Assembly: GCF_028641065.1 (NCBI RefSeq) | Contig: NC_073403.1 | Location: 15,996,001-16,060,000, forward strand | Origin: Leucoraja erinacea | Taxonomy: Eukaryota | DNA: 64,000 nucleotides | Direction: 5' to 3' | Shown here: piece by piece, positions 37,601-47,229 of the stretch | Position numbering within the stretch: position 1 is the stretch's first letter | Layout of the letters: the number at the start of each line of letters is the position of its first letter | Made by a program: the position numbers and the translations under genes | The notes under the pieces: generated by a model | Told to the model about the DNA's origin: nothing | Seen by the model: only the letters and a program-made list of their open reading frames with translations | The model's database searches: none

Positions 37601-39246
37601 ATAACGTAATCTAACAGATGCTGATGCTTGGAGCATGGGTGTTAACAGGAGAATTTGTTTCTCAGATGAAGCAAGCTGCACTCAAGACCATGTTCCAACA
37701 ATTTGCCAGGGGGAGAACTCCATTGTCGTTAGCTGTCTGCATTTCTTCTTTATTAATGACAGTGCTCTGGAGCTTCATGTCCTTTCCGAACATGCTGATT
37801 CCTATTACAAAGGTGCGAGGTACTACAACGGTACAAAGTTAACCTCTCCTTGTGACTCTGGCCAGGGCTTGCAACAGAATTTCTCTTTGACCTCACCTAC
37901 CCTGCTTTACAGCGAGTTGGAAGGTAATGAGACAATTGCTGGGTTGTCAAACTAGCTTTGTTCCTAACAGTAGAATTTACACCATGAAATATTCCCCTTC
38001 CGGATTGCTTCTCCCGGGGAACACGTAATCATGATTATGTTTAGGAAGGAACTGCAGATGCTGATTTAAACTGAAGATAAACACAAAAAGCTGGAGTAAA
38101 AGAAGGATCTCGAACCAAAACGTCACCTATTCCTTTTCTCAAGAGATGCTGTCTGACCCGCTGAGTTACTCCAGCTTTTTGTGTCTACCATGATTATGTT
38201 CTTTAAATAAACCTTATCCTGTCCCTAACTTTGCACAGCTGACCTAGGGGTTCTGAGAACAGAGCAACATTCATGACTGGGCCTGCTGAGGTTATCCACC
38301 CGAACGATCCAGTTCCCACATGTCATACAATAGTGTGGAAGATAGGCATGCTATATGGATTATTTAACGCACAGTGCCTGCTGCACATATTGTAAGAGCC
38401 AGGTATTGGTCCAGTAACAAGTTGTTCCAATATGCCTGGAGACTAGGGTCACTGCATAGATCTAACAAACTACATACATGGCCATGTGAATATATTCACA
38501 CCAACTCTCCTTCCCCTGATCCCCTTGGCTCCTCCTTAACTCCTCTCCGCACCCCATTCTCATTTCCCCTAAATAACTCCATCCTCTCCCTCTTATCCTC
38601 ATTGACTTCTCTCCGCTCTCCCCACTTGCCTACTCAGCTATCCATCCCACCGATTTCTCAAATTACTGTCCCAGCGAAACCCCACCCCGCTGCCCGTCCC
38701 CTGCTCTGCCTCCGGGCTCCTCAAACTTCCCCTGTACCCGCCAAACGCAGTGTTTTGCTATGAATCATAATCGCTTGGCGACGTCTACCGGCAGCACATT
38801 GCCTCGATGTCTATCAGTGAAGTCGGGAGTTCCGATCTGATCTGACAGCGTCTCTTTTTAAAAAAAAATATGAAGATTGTTTAGTAGGTGCTGATGTCAC
38901 TTTAAGTGAAATTACAGAAAAACACATTTTTCAAAAATCTTTCATCACAACTTTTACAAACACGAAAAAATCGTTAGCCCGGCAGCAAAAGAAAAATCCA
39001 CGTATACAGGATTGCCTTTCCCCTGTCTGCTTGTTGTAAACCCCTCTCCCTTTACCTCTCAAAGAGAAGCCGTAACACGTAGATAGCCCATGTCCAGGGC
39101 AAAAGAAAGTACAGATCCTTGAGCCGGGGGTAGACTGGATTCTGTGAGTCTTCCAACTGTGCCCTGCTGACGTTGTGTGGAAGCCAGAAGCCTTCGTCCC
39201 AGATTGAAATAGTAAGCCACAGCGGCAGCCAAGCGCTGCCCTCCAT
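7516..39246 (-). CDS. Ceramide synthase, CERS5/CERS6 subfamily (Hox-like domain + TLC/Lag1p domain); 10 coding exons, 1110 nt, 369 aa
   Basis: Exons 39056-39246, 27129-27234, 25085-25215, 22524-22581, 21005-21055, 17468-17560, 15312-15440, 11865-11971, 10281-10437, 7516-7602 are all GT-AG and join in frame without stops. Motifs: [54 protein letters not shown]...[37 protein letters not shown]. Internal exon sizes 106/131/58/51/93/129/107/157 match my recollection of CERS5/6 gene structure. The exact paralogue is unresolved. Confidence 0.95.
8610..9582 (+). mobile_element. Degenerate Penelope-like element (post-RT region, GIY-YIG, pLTR)
   Basis: [24 protein letters not shown]; pyrimidine-rich spacer; degenerate pLTR at about 9490-9580. 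Confidence 0.75.
10281..10437 (-). CDS. CERS5/6-like exon 9 ([19 protein letters not shown]...[17 protein letters not shown])
   Basis: ttacag| acceptor, |gtaaa donor, 157 nt; lies within ORF 10215..10457. Confidence 0.95.
11865..11971 (-). CDS. CERS5/6-like exon 8 ([35 protein letters not shown])
   Basis: cctag| acceptor, |gtgagt donor, 107 nt; AKMANYAK is diagnostic of CERS5/6. Confidence 0.95.
12060..12577 (+). mobile_element. Rex1/Babar 3' UTR fragment containing a (TG)n tract and an assembly gap
   Basis: cagccattaggctattaaac...aataaaacactTGACTCTTGA tail as in other Rex1-like copies; N-run 12181-12415 flanked by TG repeats. Confidence 0.6.
12181..12415. other. Assembly gap (235 N)
   Basis: Run of n flanked by (TG)n. 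Confidence 1.
12975..13198. mobile_element. PIF/Harbinger-like MITE
   Basis: TIRs GCCTGTCCCACTT(A/G)GCGATTT at both ends (21 bp, 1 mismatch) extending imperfectly to about 45 bp; CpG-rich, non-coding; GGGC-start TIR is typical of Harbinger. Confidence 0.75.
13475..14010 (+). mobile_element. CR1 3' fragment followed by an inverted pLTR/hammerhead repeat
   Basis: [22 protein letters not shown]; CR1 tail GGCCTACTCCTGCACCTA; TGGTCTTTCAG occurs on both flanks. Confidence 0.8.
15312..15440 (-). CDS. CERS5/6-like exon 7, Lag1p motif ([16 protein letters not shown]...[10 protein letters not shown])
   Basis: tttag| acceptor, |gtagg donor, 129 nt; catalytic HH and HD..D residues present. Confidence 0.95.
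16340..17050. mobile_element. Old CR1 3' fragments in both orientations
   Basis: RGDL.EAYKI.RG...FFSQRMV..; inverted copy at about 16410-16670. Confidence 0.65.
17147..17321. mobile_element. Short fold-back Penelope pLTR-derived element with TSD
   Basis: TSD AACAAGG(T/C)GCTTTA at 17133-17146 and 17322-17335; internal inverted arms around a hammerhead-like motif at 17229. Confidence 0.75.
17468..17560 (-). CDS. CERS5/6-like exon 6 ([31 protein letters not shown])
   Basis: tcaaag| acceptor, |gtaag donor, 93 nt; SQF.DVKRK motif. Confidence 0.93.
19373..20596. mobile_element. Non-autonomous hAT (Tip100/Ac-like) element containing a Penelope ORF fragment
   Basis: TIR CAGGGCCGGATTTA / TAAATCCGGTCCTG; perfect 8-bp TSD TTTATTAG at 19365-19372 and 20597-20604; subterminal AGCTTAGGGCCTC at both ends; internal [10 protein letters not shown]...NEF....DLEFFFRRL. 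Confidence 0.85.
21005..21055 (-). CDS. CERS5/6-like exon 5 ([17 protein letters not shown])
   Basis: ttccag| acceptor, |gtgag donor, 51 nt; PWLW...CWYNYP motif. Confidence 0.94.
21615..22125 (+). mobile_element. Young CR1 3' fragment (21695-22064) nested in the tail of another CR1
   Basis: [23 protein letters not shown]...[14 protein letters not shown]; TGAAT duplicated at 21690-21694 and 22065-22069. Confidence 0.85.
22524..22581 (-). CDS. CERS5/6-like exon 4 ([19 protein letters not shown])
   Basis: ttgcag| acceptor, |gtaag donor, 58 nt. Confidence 0.92.
23310..23446. repeat. Local tandem repeats (about 33-bp duplication then a 28-bp unit CTAATTGGAAAAYAGATCTTCCACAGAT x about 2.7)
   Basis: Directly visible. 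Confidence 0.85.
23526..23689. mobile_element. Fold-back pLTR-derived element with TSD
   Basis: TSD ACTCTTCTYCYAGTT at 23511-23525 and 23690-23704; inverted arms GACACAAA.TGCTGGAGTAACTCAGCGGG / CCCGCTGAGTTACTCCAGCATTTTGTGTC. Confidence 0.75.
23930..24900. mobile_element. CR1 3' fragments (23930-24350 minus; 24500-24900 plus)
   Basis: [23 protein letters not shown]...[12 protein letters not shown]; SKTRG.RLNVRGE.FKRDLR. Confidence 0.75.
25085..25215 (-). CDS. CERS5/6-like exon 3, homeobox-like region ([44 protein letters not shown])
   Basis: tttag| acceptor, |gtaac donor, 131 nt; aligns to CERS6 LSKQLDWD..WFRQRRNQEKPS..FCESM. Confidence 0.95.
26240..26313. repeat. 27-bp tandem repeat AAGTGGTGTGCCTCAATCAGTCTCTGC x about 2.7 inside the Helitron
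   Basis: Directly visible. Confidence 0.9.
26450..26892. repeat. C/T-rich low-complexity tract (G-quadruplex-prone on minus strand)
   Basis: Long C runs interrupted by T; source of the spurious Pro/Gly ORFs. Confidence 0.9.
27129..27234 (-). CDS. CERS5/6-like exon 2 ([11 protein letters not shown]...[10 protein letters not shown])
   Basis: ttgtag| acceptor, |gtaag donor, 106 nt, phase compatible with exons 1 and 3. Confidence 0.93.
28640..28880 (-). mobile_element. V-SINE
   Basis: Reverse-strand tRNA boxes (GGTTCGATCCCG) + GTGTGGAATTTGCATGTTC V-domain. Confidence 0.75.
29388..30633 (-). mobile_element. 5'-truncated Rex1/Babar LINE with an uninterrupted RT-to-C-terminus ORF
   Basis: NRSTDDAV...ALSHLD...[18 protein letters not shown]...[21 protein letters not shown]...[12 protein letters not shown]...[14 protein letters not shown]; 3' AATAAA(CTTGA)n tail at about 29388-29413. 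Confidence 0.92.
31234..31515 (+). mobile_element. V-SINE
   Basis: A box GGCACTGTGCTGCAGCAGTAGAG, B box GAGTTCGATCC, V-domain, CTAAA tail. Confidence 0.78.
31875..32405 (+). mobile_element. Degenerate Rex1/Babar 3' fragment
   Basis: [11 protein letters not shown]...[13 protein letters not shown]...CLKKAASII; CTCTTGA tail. Confidence 0.75.
32700..34852 (+). mobile_element. 5'-truncated CR1 LINE (about 2.1 kb of ORF2 with RT, frameshifted)
   Basis: [73 protein letters not shown]; tail GGCCTACTCCTGCACCTATTTTCTATG. Confidence 0.95.
35600..36830 (+). mobile_element. Two tandem Rex1/Babar 3' fragments (about 35600-36030 and 36127-36830)
   Basis: [18 protein letters not shown]...AHQRLYF.RRLRRFG; [19 protein letters not shown]; CTCTTGACTTGA tails. 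Confidence 0.85.
37085..37505 (+). mobile_element. CR1 3' fragment
   Basis: [27 protein letters not shown]. Confidence 0.8.
37600..37990 (+). mobile_element. Possible highly decayed Sola-like DDE transposase relic
   Basis: DEA....[15 protein letters not shown]....[10 protein letters not shown] resembles the DE...GKG.N.V.S.LH.F....L.LHADNC motif; downstream IAG..(frameshift)FVPN resembles IAGHTKF.PD. Confidence 0.35.
38042..38188. mobile_element. Fold-back pLTR-derived element with TSD
   Basis: Perfect TSD CATGATTATGTT at 38030-38041 and 38189-38200. Confidence 0.8.
39056..39246 (-). CDS. CERS5/6-like coding exon 1 ([10 protein letters not shown]...FWLPHNVSR...RLLFER)
   Basis: ATG at 39246-39244 in GCG-ATG-G context; donor AG|GTAAAG at 39055; N-glycosylation sequon NVS as in CERS5/6. 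Confidence 0.93.
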
Positions 39247-39261
39247 CGCCGGAGCTGCCAG

Positions 39262-39345
39262 ACACACACACACACACACTCACACAGCAAGTCTAAGCCT
39301 TGCAACGAACGTGACCTCTGCCGTTCTGTACCATCGATTGGTTAA
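39262..39345 (-). promoter_or_regulatory. CERS 5' region: (TG)n microsatellite just upstream of the ATG and a CCAAT box
   Basis: (CA)n on + strand at about 39262-39286; ATTGG at 39337-39341 (CCAAT on minus). Confidence 0.4.
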
Positions 39346-41075
39346 ACATATTCGAAAACAAATTCCTGCCTCGAGTTCCACAAACCAGCGCACCATTTTG
39401 TATCAAAACACTCTGGGTCAGTATTGTTCTTAAATTAAAGAAAGACGGGTGTATGATAACAGATTAGATTAGCTATCTATGAAGTTAGATAATACAAGCA
39501 GGTAAGAGGAGTCTAAACAGTGGGTAAAATAAAATGTTCGTGAAAAGGAATAGTCTCGTCCCCCCCTCCCCCCCGCTATTTTTCAAAATTAAAAGTTACA
39601 TACTTGGTTAATTGAAAAATAATGTTTTTTTCCTTAAGGCATTACGGGGCGGTTAATGAAATTGACTACAGAGCAGTTCCAATTTAAGGAGTAAAACTTC
39701 AACACGAGTAGACTAAAAATATACTGAACGGTCTCTCTGTCCCATAAAGACGATTCATTCACTGGGCCCCATAAGTTTCCAACGGTTACATTTTTTGAAC
39801 TGTAGTGTATATATATATAACTCTGGAGTGTCACTTCAAACACTTAAAAATCGAATTTTTGGACGTATTATAAACATGCTTGGGTATTTTTAGCAAGAGA
39901 ATATTTAATATAAAGTCCAAAACAGCTATTACAAAACAGCACCACTGGCTGAGAAGCAATTTTTTTCAACCAAAAAGCACGATTTAATGCTTCAAAATAA
40001 AACACCAGAAATATAATATTTTTCCTATCTGTAACTTTAGGCTTTGCAAGTCAGTTCTACGATCATTCTTATTTTGTTTAAATCAGCCTCTTCATAGGGA
40101 TTGAAAGGTGCTAAACTGAACCAATCCCATCAACTGAACAGCGAAAACTGTCAAAACCAATCAAATCAGTTAGTGGCTGGGCCTCTAAGCTATTTAAAAA
40201 AAAAAAATGTTTTTCCCCTTTGACATTGATTGTTGACAAACCTGCAAGGGGAAATAGTTTAAGATGAGTTGGTATTTCTGAGCCCTGCAGTTGAATGGAA
40301 TGAAAGACCATTAAAATAAATACACTCTAAAAAAAAATGCCTTTTAGCATTTTCTGCTGGGATATGCCTTTTTTCGCATACTATTGCTTTCTTTAAAAAC
40401 AATATCTAAAAATTCTTGGTTAAAAAATGTTTTAATCCAGCATTCCTGCCACCGGACCTAAGAGAGTTTTCAGAGTTATATGTTAAAGACTAGAATGTCT
40501 CTGGTTGGAGCCGTTTACCACATATCTTGCAGAACACTGATTTATTTCTGTGTGAGTCATCCTACTTGATTCAGTTCTCTAACTTACAGTGTTTGGTTTG
40601 TTTGCACACACGTGGGCGGTACCTTTACTGTCCGAGAGTAACCAGGGCAAGGGCTTGTGGTCTAGTCATTATCAAGGCAGACAATGTCGATGGACAACTG
40701 AGGGGAGCATAAGAAAATAAAGCAGGGGTAGGCCACCTGGCTCTTCAAACCTGCCTTGTCATTAATATTATCATGACTGATCAAACCCTGGCATGAATGC
40801 TTCTTCCTCACCAGATCCCCAAAACCTACAATCCCCCAATATTCCAAAAAGTTACCAACCTTCACTTCAAATACTTCTAATGAGCTAGCCTCCATAAGTC
40901 CCTGGGGCAGAGAATTCCAGAGATCCACCAAACAAACAATGAGTTGGTGCAAGTAAGAATTTCATTGTTCCATTTTGGGACATGACACTATAACACTCTC
41001 TTGGTGAGATGGACTGAGCAATGGCAAATGGAAATTAAACATGAAAAACGTGAGGTGATGCATTTTAGGAACACT

Positions 41076-41965
41076 TACAGCATTCAGTAAATATTCAGAC
41101 CCCTTCACTTTTTCCACATTTTTTACGTTACAACCTTATTTTTAAATGGATTAAATTCTTTTTTTTTTTTTTTAAATCATAAATCTACACAATACCCCAG
41201 AACGAAGACACAAAAACAGGTGCTTAGAAATTTTTGCAAAGTAATTAAAAATAAATAACTGAAATATCACATTTACATAAGTATTCAGATCCTTTGCTAT
41301 GATACTCAAAATTGAGCTTAGGTTCATCCTGTTTCCACTGATTATCCCTGAACTGTTTCTACAACTTGATTGGAGTCCACCATTGATTGGACATGATCTG
41401 GAAAAGCCCACACCTGTCTATATAAGGTCCCGCAGTTGATAGTGCAGAAACCAAGCCATGAAGACGAAGAAATTGTCCATCGACCTCTGAGACAGGATTG
41501 TGTCGGGACACAGATCTGGGGGAGGGTATAAAACAATTTCTGCAGTAGAGGACGGTGGCCTCTGCCATTCTTAAATGGAAGAACTTTGGAACCACCAGGA
41601 CTCTTCATAGAGCTGGCCGCCCGGCCAAACTGAGCAATGGGGGGTAAGGGCTTTGGTCAGGGAGGTGACCAAGAATCCGATGGTCACTGACAGAGTTCCA
41701 GAGTTCCTTTGTGGAGATGGGAGAACCTTCCAGAAGTACAACTATATCTGCAGCATTCCACCAATCTGGCCTTTATGGTAGAGTGGCCAGACGGAAGCCA
41801 CTCCTCAGTAAAAGGCACATGACAGCCCACTTGGAATTTGCCAAAAGGACACCTAAAAGACTCCCAGACCATGAGAAATGAGATTCTCTGGTCTGATGAA
41901 ACCAAGTTTGAACTCTTTGGCCTGAAGGAAACCAGGCACCCACCGCTCATCACCTGGCCAATATC
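41076..41965 (+). mobile_element. Tc1-like transposon relic (left IR/DR TIR + disrupted transposase)
   Basis: TA-CAG.CATTCAG.AA.TATTCAGACCCCTT terminus; inner direct repeat AAGTATTCAGATCC at about 41279; ATG 41458 MKTK.LS.DL.DRIVS.HRSG.GYK.IS; GLYGRVARRKPLL; ILWSDETKFELFG. Confidence 0.9.
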
Positions 41966-42424
41966 ATACCATACAAGTTTTCCTTGTTGGGGAAGCGGGA
42001 TGGGGTGCAGTAGATATGATTGAGGTTCATTCAATTGTGAAGATTGTAGGTAGAGGGAAATATTTCCCTTCTGTGCCGATCCATGCAATGCAATGTTGTA
42101 TTGTATGTTCAGAAGGAACCAAGTTCAACCAAACCCAGAACAGCAGATTTTCTCTCACATGGCCAAGGCTGGAAATTACATGTAGATATTTACTTTAAAG
42201 AAAATACCTATCTTGACTTCCACATTCTGAGTTACACTACTGTATATTTTGAAACCACTAAAAATGAGTGCAATCTTATCACATCCAGAAATACAGTCAA
42301 AGCCACAAGTTGCTCAACAGTAACATTCTCCCCTGAGTCAGAGGTTTGTGGGTTCAAATCCCACACCATTACAAAATCAAGGTTAACATCTGAGTGCAGT
42401 GATGACTGACTGACTGATTATCCA

Positions 42425-42935
42425 TTTAGTTTTAGAGATACAGCGTGGAAACAGGCCCTTCGGCCAACCGAGTCTGCACCGACCAGCGATCCCGCACACT
42501 AACACTATCCTACACTAGGGACAAATTACATTTATACCAAGACAATTAAGGAGCCTCGGCAGCAGCAGGAACCTCGGTGGCGATGGAGCATGGAGGGGGG
42601 GGGGGGGGGGGGGGGGGACAATGGAGGACCTGCCATGGGGGGACCAGATGGTGGGAGACCAAAGGGGGGACCCGGTGTAGGGGAGGGCGGGTTGGGGGAA
42701 ACACTCTAGTTTTAGAATCCTCTGCCCAGGGGATAAGCCTGTGTTCGTTTGTTTGTTTGTTCGGTGAAGGCGCTGTGCACACGGCAGCCAACCAACAGTC
42801 GCTTGTCCTTTTCTTTTTTTTTAACTTTTAATTTCAAGTATTTGTGTACCTTGTTATGTGTTGTGACTGTTGGCAGACCAATTGCCCTCCGGGGATGAAT
42901 AAAGTTTTATCATATCGTTAACCTACAAACCTGTT
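42425..42935 (-). mobile_element. V-SINE 3' part interrupted by a GC-rich non-LTR insert (about 42550-42917)
   Basis: TTTAGTTTAGAGATACAGCGTGGAAACAGGCCC tail; host CAATTAACCTACAAACC split with TTAA duplicated; insert ends GGGGATGAATAAAGTTTTATC. Confidence 0.6.
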
Positions 42936-44299
42936 GCCTTACCAAAAATACTATGCTTTACATGAAGTGTTATACTGACATTCTGTATGCCATTTTAGGT
43001 GGATACACAAAATACTACGGAACTACTTAAACTAAGGACAAGGAAGCTCTGTCTGGTGCCTTCACCAGTATTTATCTTTTAAACGTGACCAAACAGGTTG
43101 TCCATTCATTGCTATGTGTGATGTGTGTAAATTGGCTGCTGTGTATTCTACATTACAATAAAGAATATATTTCAAACCTATAAAGTGTTATAGACTTCCA
43201 AGTAAAGTGCGTTCAAGTAAATGATCCATTTTGATGTCTGATCTACGATGCGGGTAAGTTGTACTACATGTGGACTCTGAATCCCTGGGCAAATGAAAGA
43301 AAAACAAAATTGGCAAGGTTTCCATTCCTGATTGCTGTCCAGAGACTGCACTGTTAAGTGATTGTGTGACAGTAAGATCAGCTTGCTGCTTTCCTGCAGT
43401 AAGAGTCTTGTGATAGGAAAAGATGGGGTTGGGCTGTTTCACAATTACATCATAAACCTTGACGAAACTTAAATTCCTCTGAGATCAACATTGCTCCCTC
43501 TGGAGGATGAGTGAATAAACGACAAAGATGATTCCAAGAATTCAAAGGTCTCAGAGAAACATATTTTCAAAGGGGGCTAGGGATATGTTATATTACAGAG
43601 GTGTAATCATTTGGAAAAGCTAATCCCAGAGATTAATTTTAAATAAGAGTACAAGACCATCATCCAAAACATCTGAATAGGCCTTGCAGGTTCCATTTAG
43701 GCACCAATGCGATCCAGGTCTGCAGCATCACAATCTTGTCTGACAACTGCAAGGTTTCTGATTAATCATGCTGCTTTCCTAGATCCAGATCTGGATAAAC
43801 ACATATTTCCTTAGGTTAAGTATCTGAAATTTGTACCATTCCCCGAAGCAAACTCTGATCCTTGGAGAAATCTACCCCTTTACCTTAAGTTTAATTAGGC
43901 TGTTCACAACATCTTTGAATACAATCTGTTTCTGATCCCACATCTTCATCCCCAAGTCTGTCTTCTAACATTAACCATTCTGCATCAAAGAGGGAAGGGA
44001 TAAGTACGTAGACATTGTGATTCACAAGGCAGTTATACCCTCCAGCAGCATAGGAAGTGTTTAGAGTCATACCGTGTGACAACCATCAATGCCGACCAAG
44101 ATGCTCCATCTAAGCTAGACCCATTGGCCAGAGTTTGGCCCATGACCTTTCCTATCCATGTACACGTGATAATGTTCTTTGAATGTTGTTATTGTACCTA
44201 CCTCAACTAATTACTCTGACAGCTCATTCCATCCACGCACCATCCACTGTGTGAAAAAGTTGTCCCTCGGGTTCGTATTAAATCTTTCCCCTCTTAACG

Positions 44300-46780
44300 A
44301 GAGTGTAACTGTGGAGGAGGTAAACAAAGGATTCAAAGAGCAGTCCTGAAGGGCTCAGCACTCACTCTTGCGAGAGGATATGAATTCCTTGCTTCCTGTT
44401 TGGATGAAATTGAATGGTTGCACAGGGGATGTGCAAGCTATTCAAGGTACATTGAAATGGTGGCCATTCAAATTGGTGAAGGGGAGAAAAGTCATAGGAC
44501 ATAGTTTGATTAGGGGAACGGGTAGCGTTATTTGCAGTAAAGATAGAGTCCTGAAGGTTGTGATGCCCGTCTAGTGCCAGGATAGCTCTTCTGGATAGAA
44601 GAACAACTTGGAATGTGAAGGAGAAGGCCCAGTTGCCATGGTCTATGTAGGCACTAACAACACTGGCGGGCCTGTAGGAAGAAGAATTGTAAGCAATTGG
44701 GGCAAAATTGAAAAGCAGAATCACAAATGTCCAGGTTATTACCCGAGCCACATGCAAATTGAAAGAGGCTACATAAGCTTAGAGAACTAAACGTATGGTC
44801 CATGTTAACATGTTGAAATGTAAACACACGCAGTAAACAAAGCAAACATTGATGTGGGAGAAATTAGATCAGATTTGTGGGGTTGTGGCACCAATGCTAG
44901 GGGAGGGAGGGAACTGTTCCTCTAGGATGGGCTTCATCTTAATTGATGAGACCAATGTCAGGGTGAATCATTTGAAGAAAGGGCTATAAAATAGTTAGAT
45001 GGGAGGGTTCCAGTGAGAAGCTCAATAAATCAAAAAGAACTGTGGTATAGAAAGGGTAAATGCAAGACCTGATAGAAGTTTATAAAATGTTGACATGCAT
45101 AAATAGCGTAGACAGTCAGAACCTTTTTCTGAGGGCAGAAATGTCAGTGACTAGAGGGTGTAGCTTTAAATTGTATGGGCTAATGTTTAAAGCAGATGTG
45201 CAGGGCATGGACTTTTTACACACAGAGTTATTGGTGCTTGGAATGAATTGCCAAGGGTGGTGGTGGTGGTGGTGGAAGCAGGTACAATAATGGTGTTTAA
45301 GAGGCTTTTAGACCAACATGTTTAAATGGAGGAATATGAATCATGCGCAGGCAGAGAAGATTATCTTAACTTGGCATCATGTTCAGCACAGACATTTGAG
45401 CAGAAGGGCCTGTTCCTGTGCGGTATTGTTTTATGCTCTACATTCCAGACAAGAGGAGGCTGAAAATATAAGCCAAATTGATCACCAAAAGGTAAACTGG
45501 GAAAAATGAAAAAGTGTAAAAAGTCAAAACTTAAAGTTCTTAATCTGAACACAGCACCAGTAACAAGATGGATTAGTTAACAGCACAACAACATATGCAC
45601 ATGATCTAATAGCTGCATAGAGATGCGATTGTACGATAACTTGGACCAGGATCTCCATATTCTAGGTTATTTGAGATTCTGATAGAAGAGGCAAAAAAGG
45701 AGAGGAGCTGGGGAGCTTTGTTAATAGTGGAAATGATCAGTACTGTGTGAGTCGAGACATAAATGCTGTGGACAGTGATGTGGAGTTGGTTTGGGTGAAT
45801 AGCAGGAATAAGAAAACTCAAGTGGGAGTAGTCTACAGACACCAAAGGCTTTGTTTCTTGACAGGACAAAGCATAAACCAGGAAGTACCTAGGGCATGGA
45901 AGGAAGGAACGGTAATTATAGATGATTTTAATCTGCACATTGACTGGACAAATCAAATTGGCAAGGGGAACCAGGGAGATGAATTTCTGGAATACCTCAA
46001 GGATTTAAACACACTACTGAACCTACCCGGAACAAGCAATGTTAGATTTGGTCATGTGTAATGAGCTAGGAATAATGAAAGTTGTTATGGTTATCAGATC
46101 TCAAGGGAGAAGTGATCCTAACATAGTAGAATTCTGGTTACAAGTCTGAGAACAAACACCTTCATTAACAAATGAAGAAACAAGGAACTGCAGACGCTGG
46201 TTTACACAAACGGACACAAAGTGCTGGAGTAGCTCAACGGGTCATACAGCAACTCTGGTGAACCTAGATGGGTGACATTAAGGTTTGGGACCCTTCTTCA
46301 GCCTCATCGGGTTTTGGGGGGGTGAGAAGCCTGGGAGAAAGGAGAGGCAGGACAAAGTGTGGCAAATAATAGGTGGACACAGGTACTGGTGAAAGGCTTT
46401 TTATGGCAGGCAGATGGTTGGAATAAAGGCCAGAGAATAAAGCAGAAGGTGTGAGCCAGGAATGAAGAGTTGCAAATTGTGAAGTCAGAGTAAGGAATGT
46501 AGGAAGGGAAGGAAAAAACTCAGCAAATGGATTTTAATGTTGGAAAATGTTAAGTCTTGTGCTTTGGAAAGAGGAATATAAATAAGACTATTATCTAAAT
46601 AAGGAAAGACTACAGGCATGCAAAGGGATCTGGGTGTTATTGTGCACAGACTGCAGAAAGCTAGCAGGCAAATGAAGCAAATGGTTAGATAGGTAAATGG
46701 TATATTGGATATATTGCAAAAGGTTTGGAGTTCAGAAATAGGGAACAGATTACAGGCAGGGCTCCACCTGGAGAATGAGG
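44300..46780 (+). mobile_element. Old CR1 with ORF1 esterase and ORF2 endonuclease remnants, interrupted by younger repeats
   Basis: VIGHSLIRG / VYVGTNN / DGLHLN (SGNH blocks); ELVWV...VGVVYR...IIDDFNL.IDW (APE-like endonuclease); nested CR1 3' piece 45050-45440 and pLTR 46180-46510. Confidence 0.7.
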
Positions 46781-46919
46781 TTTAGGTTTATTATTGTCAC
46801 GTGTACTGAGGCACTGTGAAAAATTGGATAATTCATGCTATCCAAAATAATCGGATAATATAATTAGGCCAAACTCGTGCAATGGGTAAAACAAACTGAA
46901 AGATACAAGGTGCAGAATA

Positions 46920-47218
46920 TAGTTTAGTTTAGAATACAGTATGGAAACAGGTCCTTCGACACACCGAGTGCATGCAAAACAGCGATCACCCCATACACTA
47001 GCACTATCCTACACACTAGAGACAATTTACAGAAGCTACGTAACCTACAAACTTGTACGTATTTGGATGGTGGGAGGAAACCAGAGCTCCTGGAGAAAAC
47101 CCACGCGGTCACAGGGAGAACGTACAAACTCCATACTGACAGCACTCGTAGTCAGGATCAAACCCGGGTCTCTGTGGCTGTAAGGTAACCACTCTATCAC
47201 TGTGCCACCATGCTGCCC
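46920..47218 (-). mobile_element. V-SINE
   Basis: Reverse-strand V-domain and TTTAG tail. Confidence 0.78.
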
Positions 47219-47229
47219 ACTCAAGTTAG

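Noticed and set aside
42546-42921. piggyBac element suggested by the TTAA duplication
   Set aside because: No terminal inverted repeats; it ends in an AATAAA plus short-repeat tail typical of non-LTR elements
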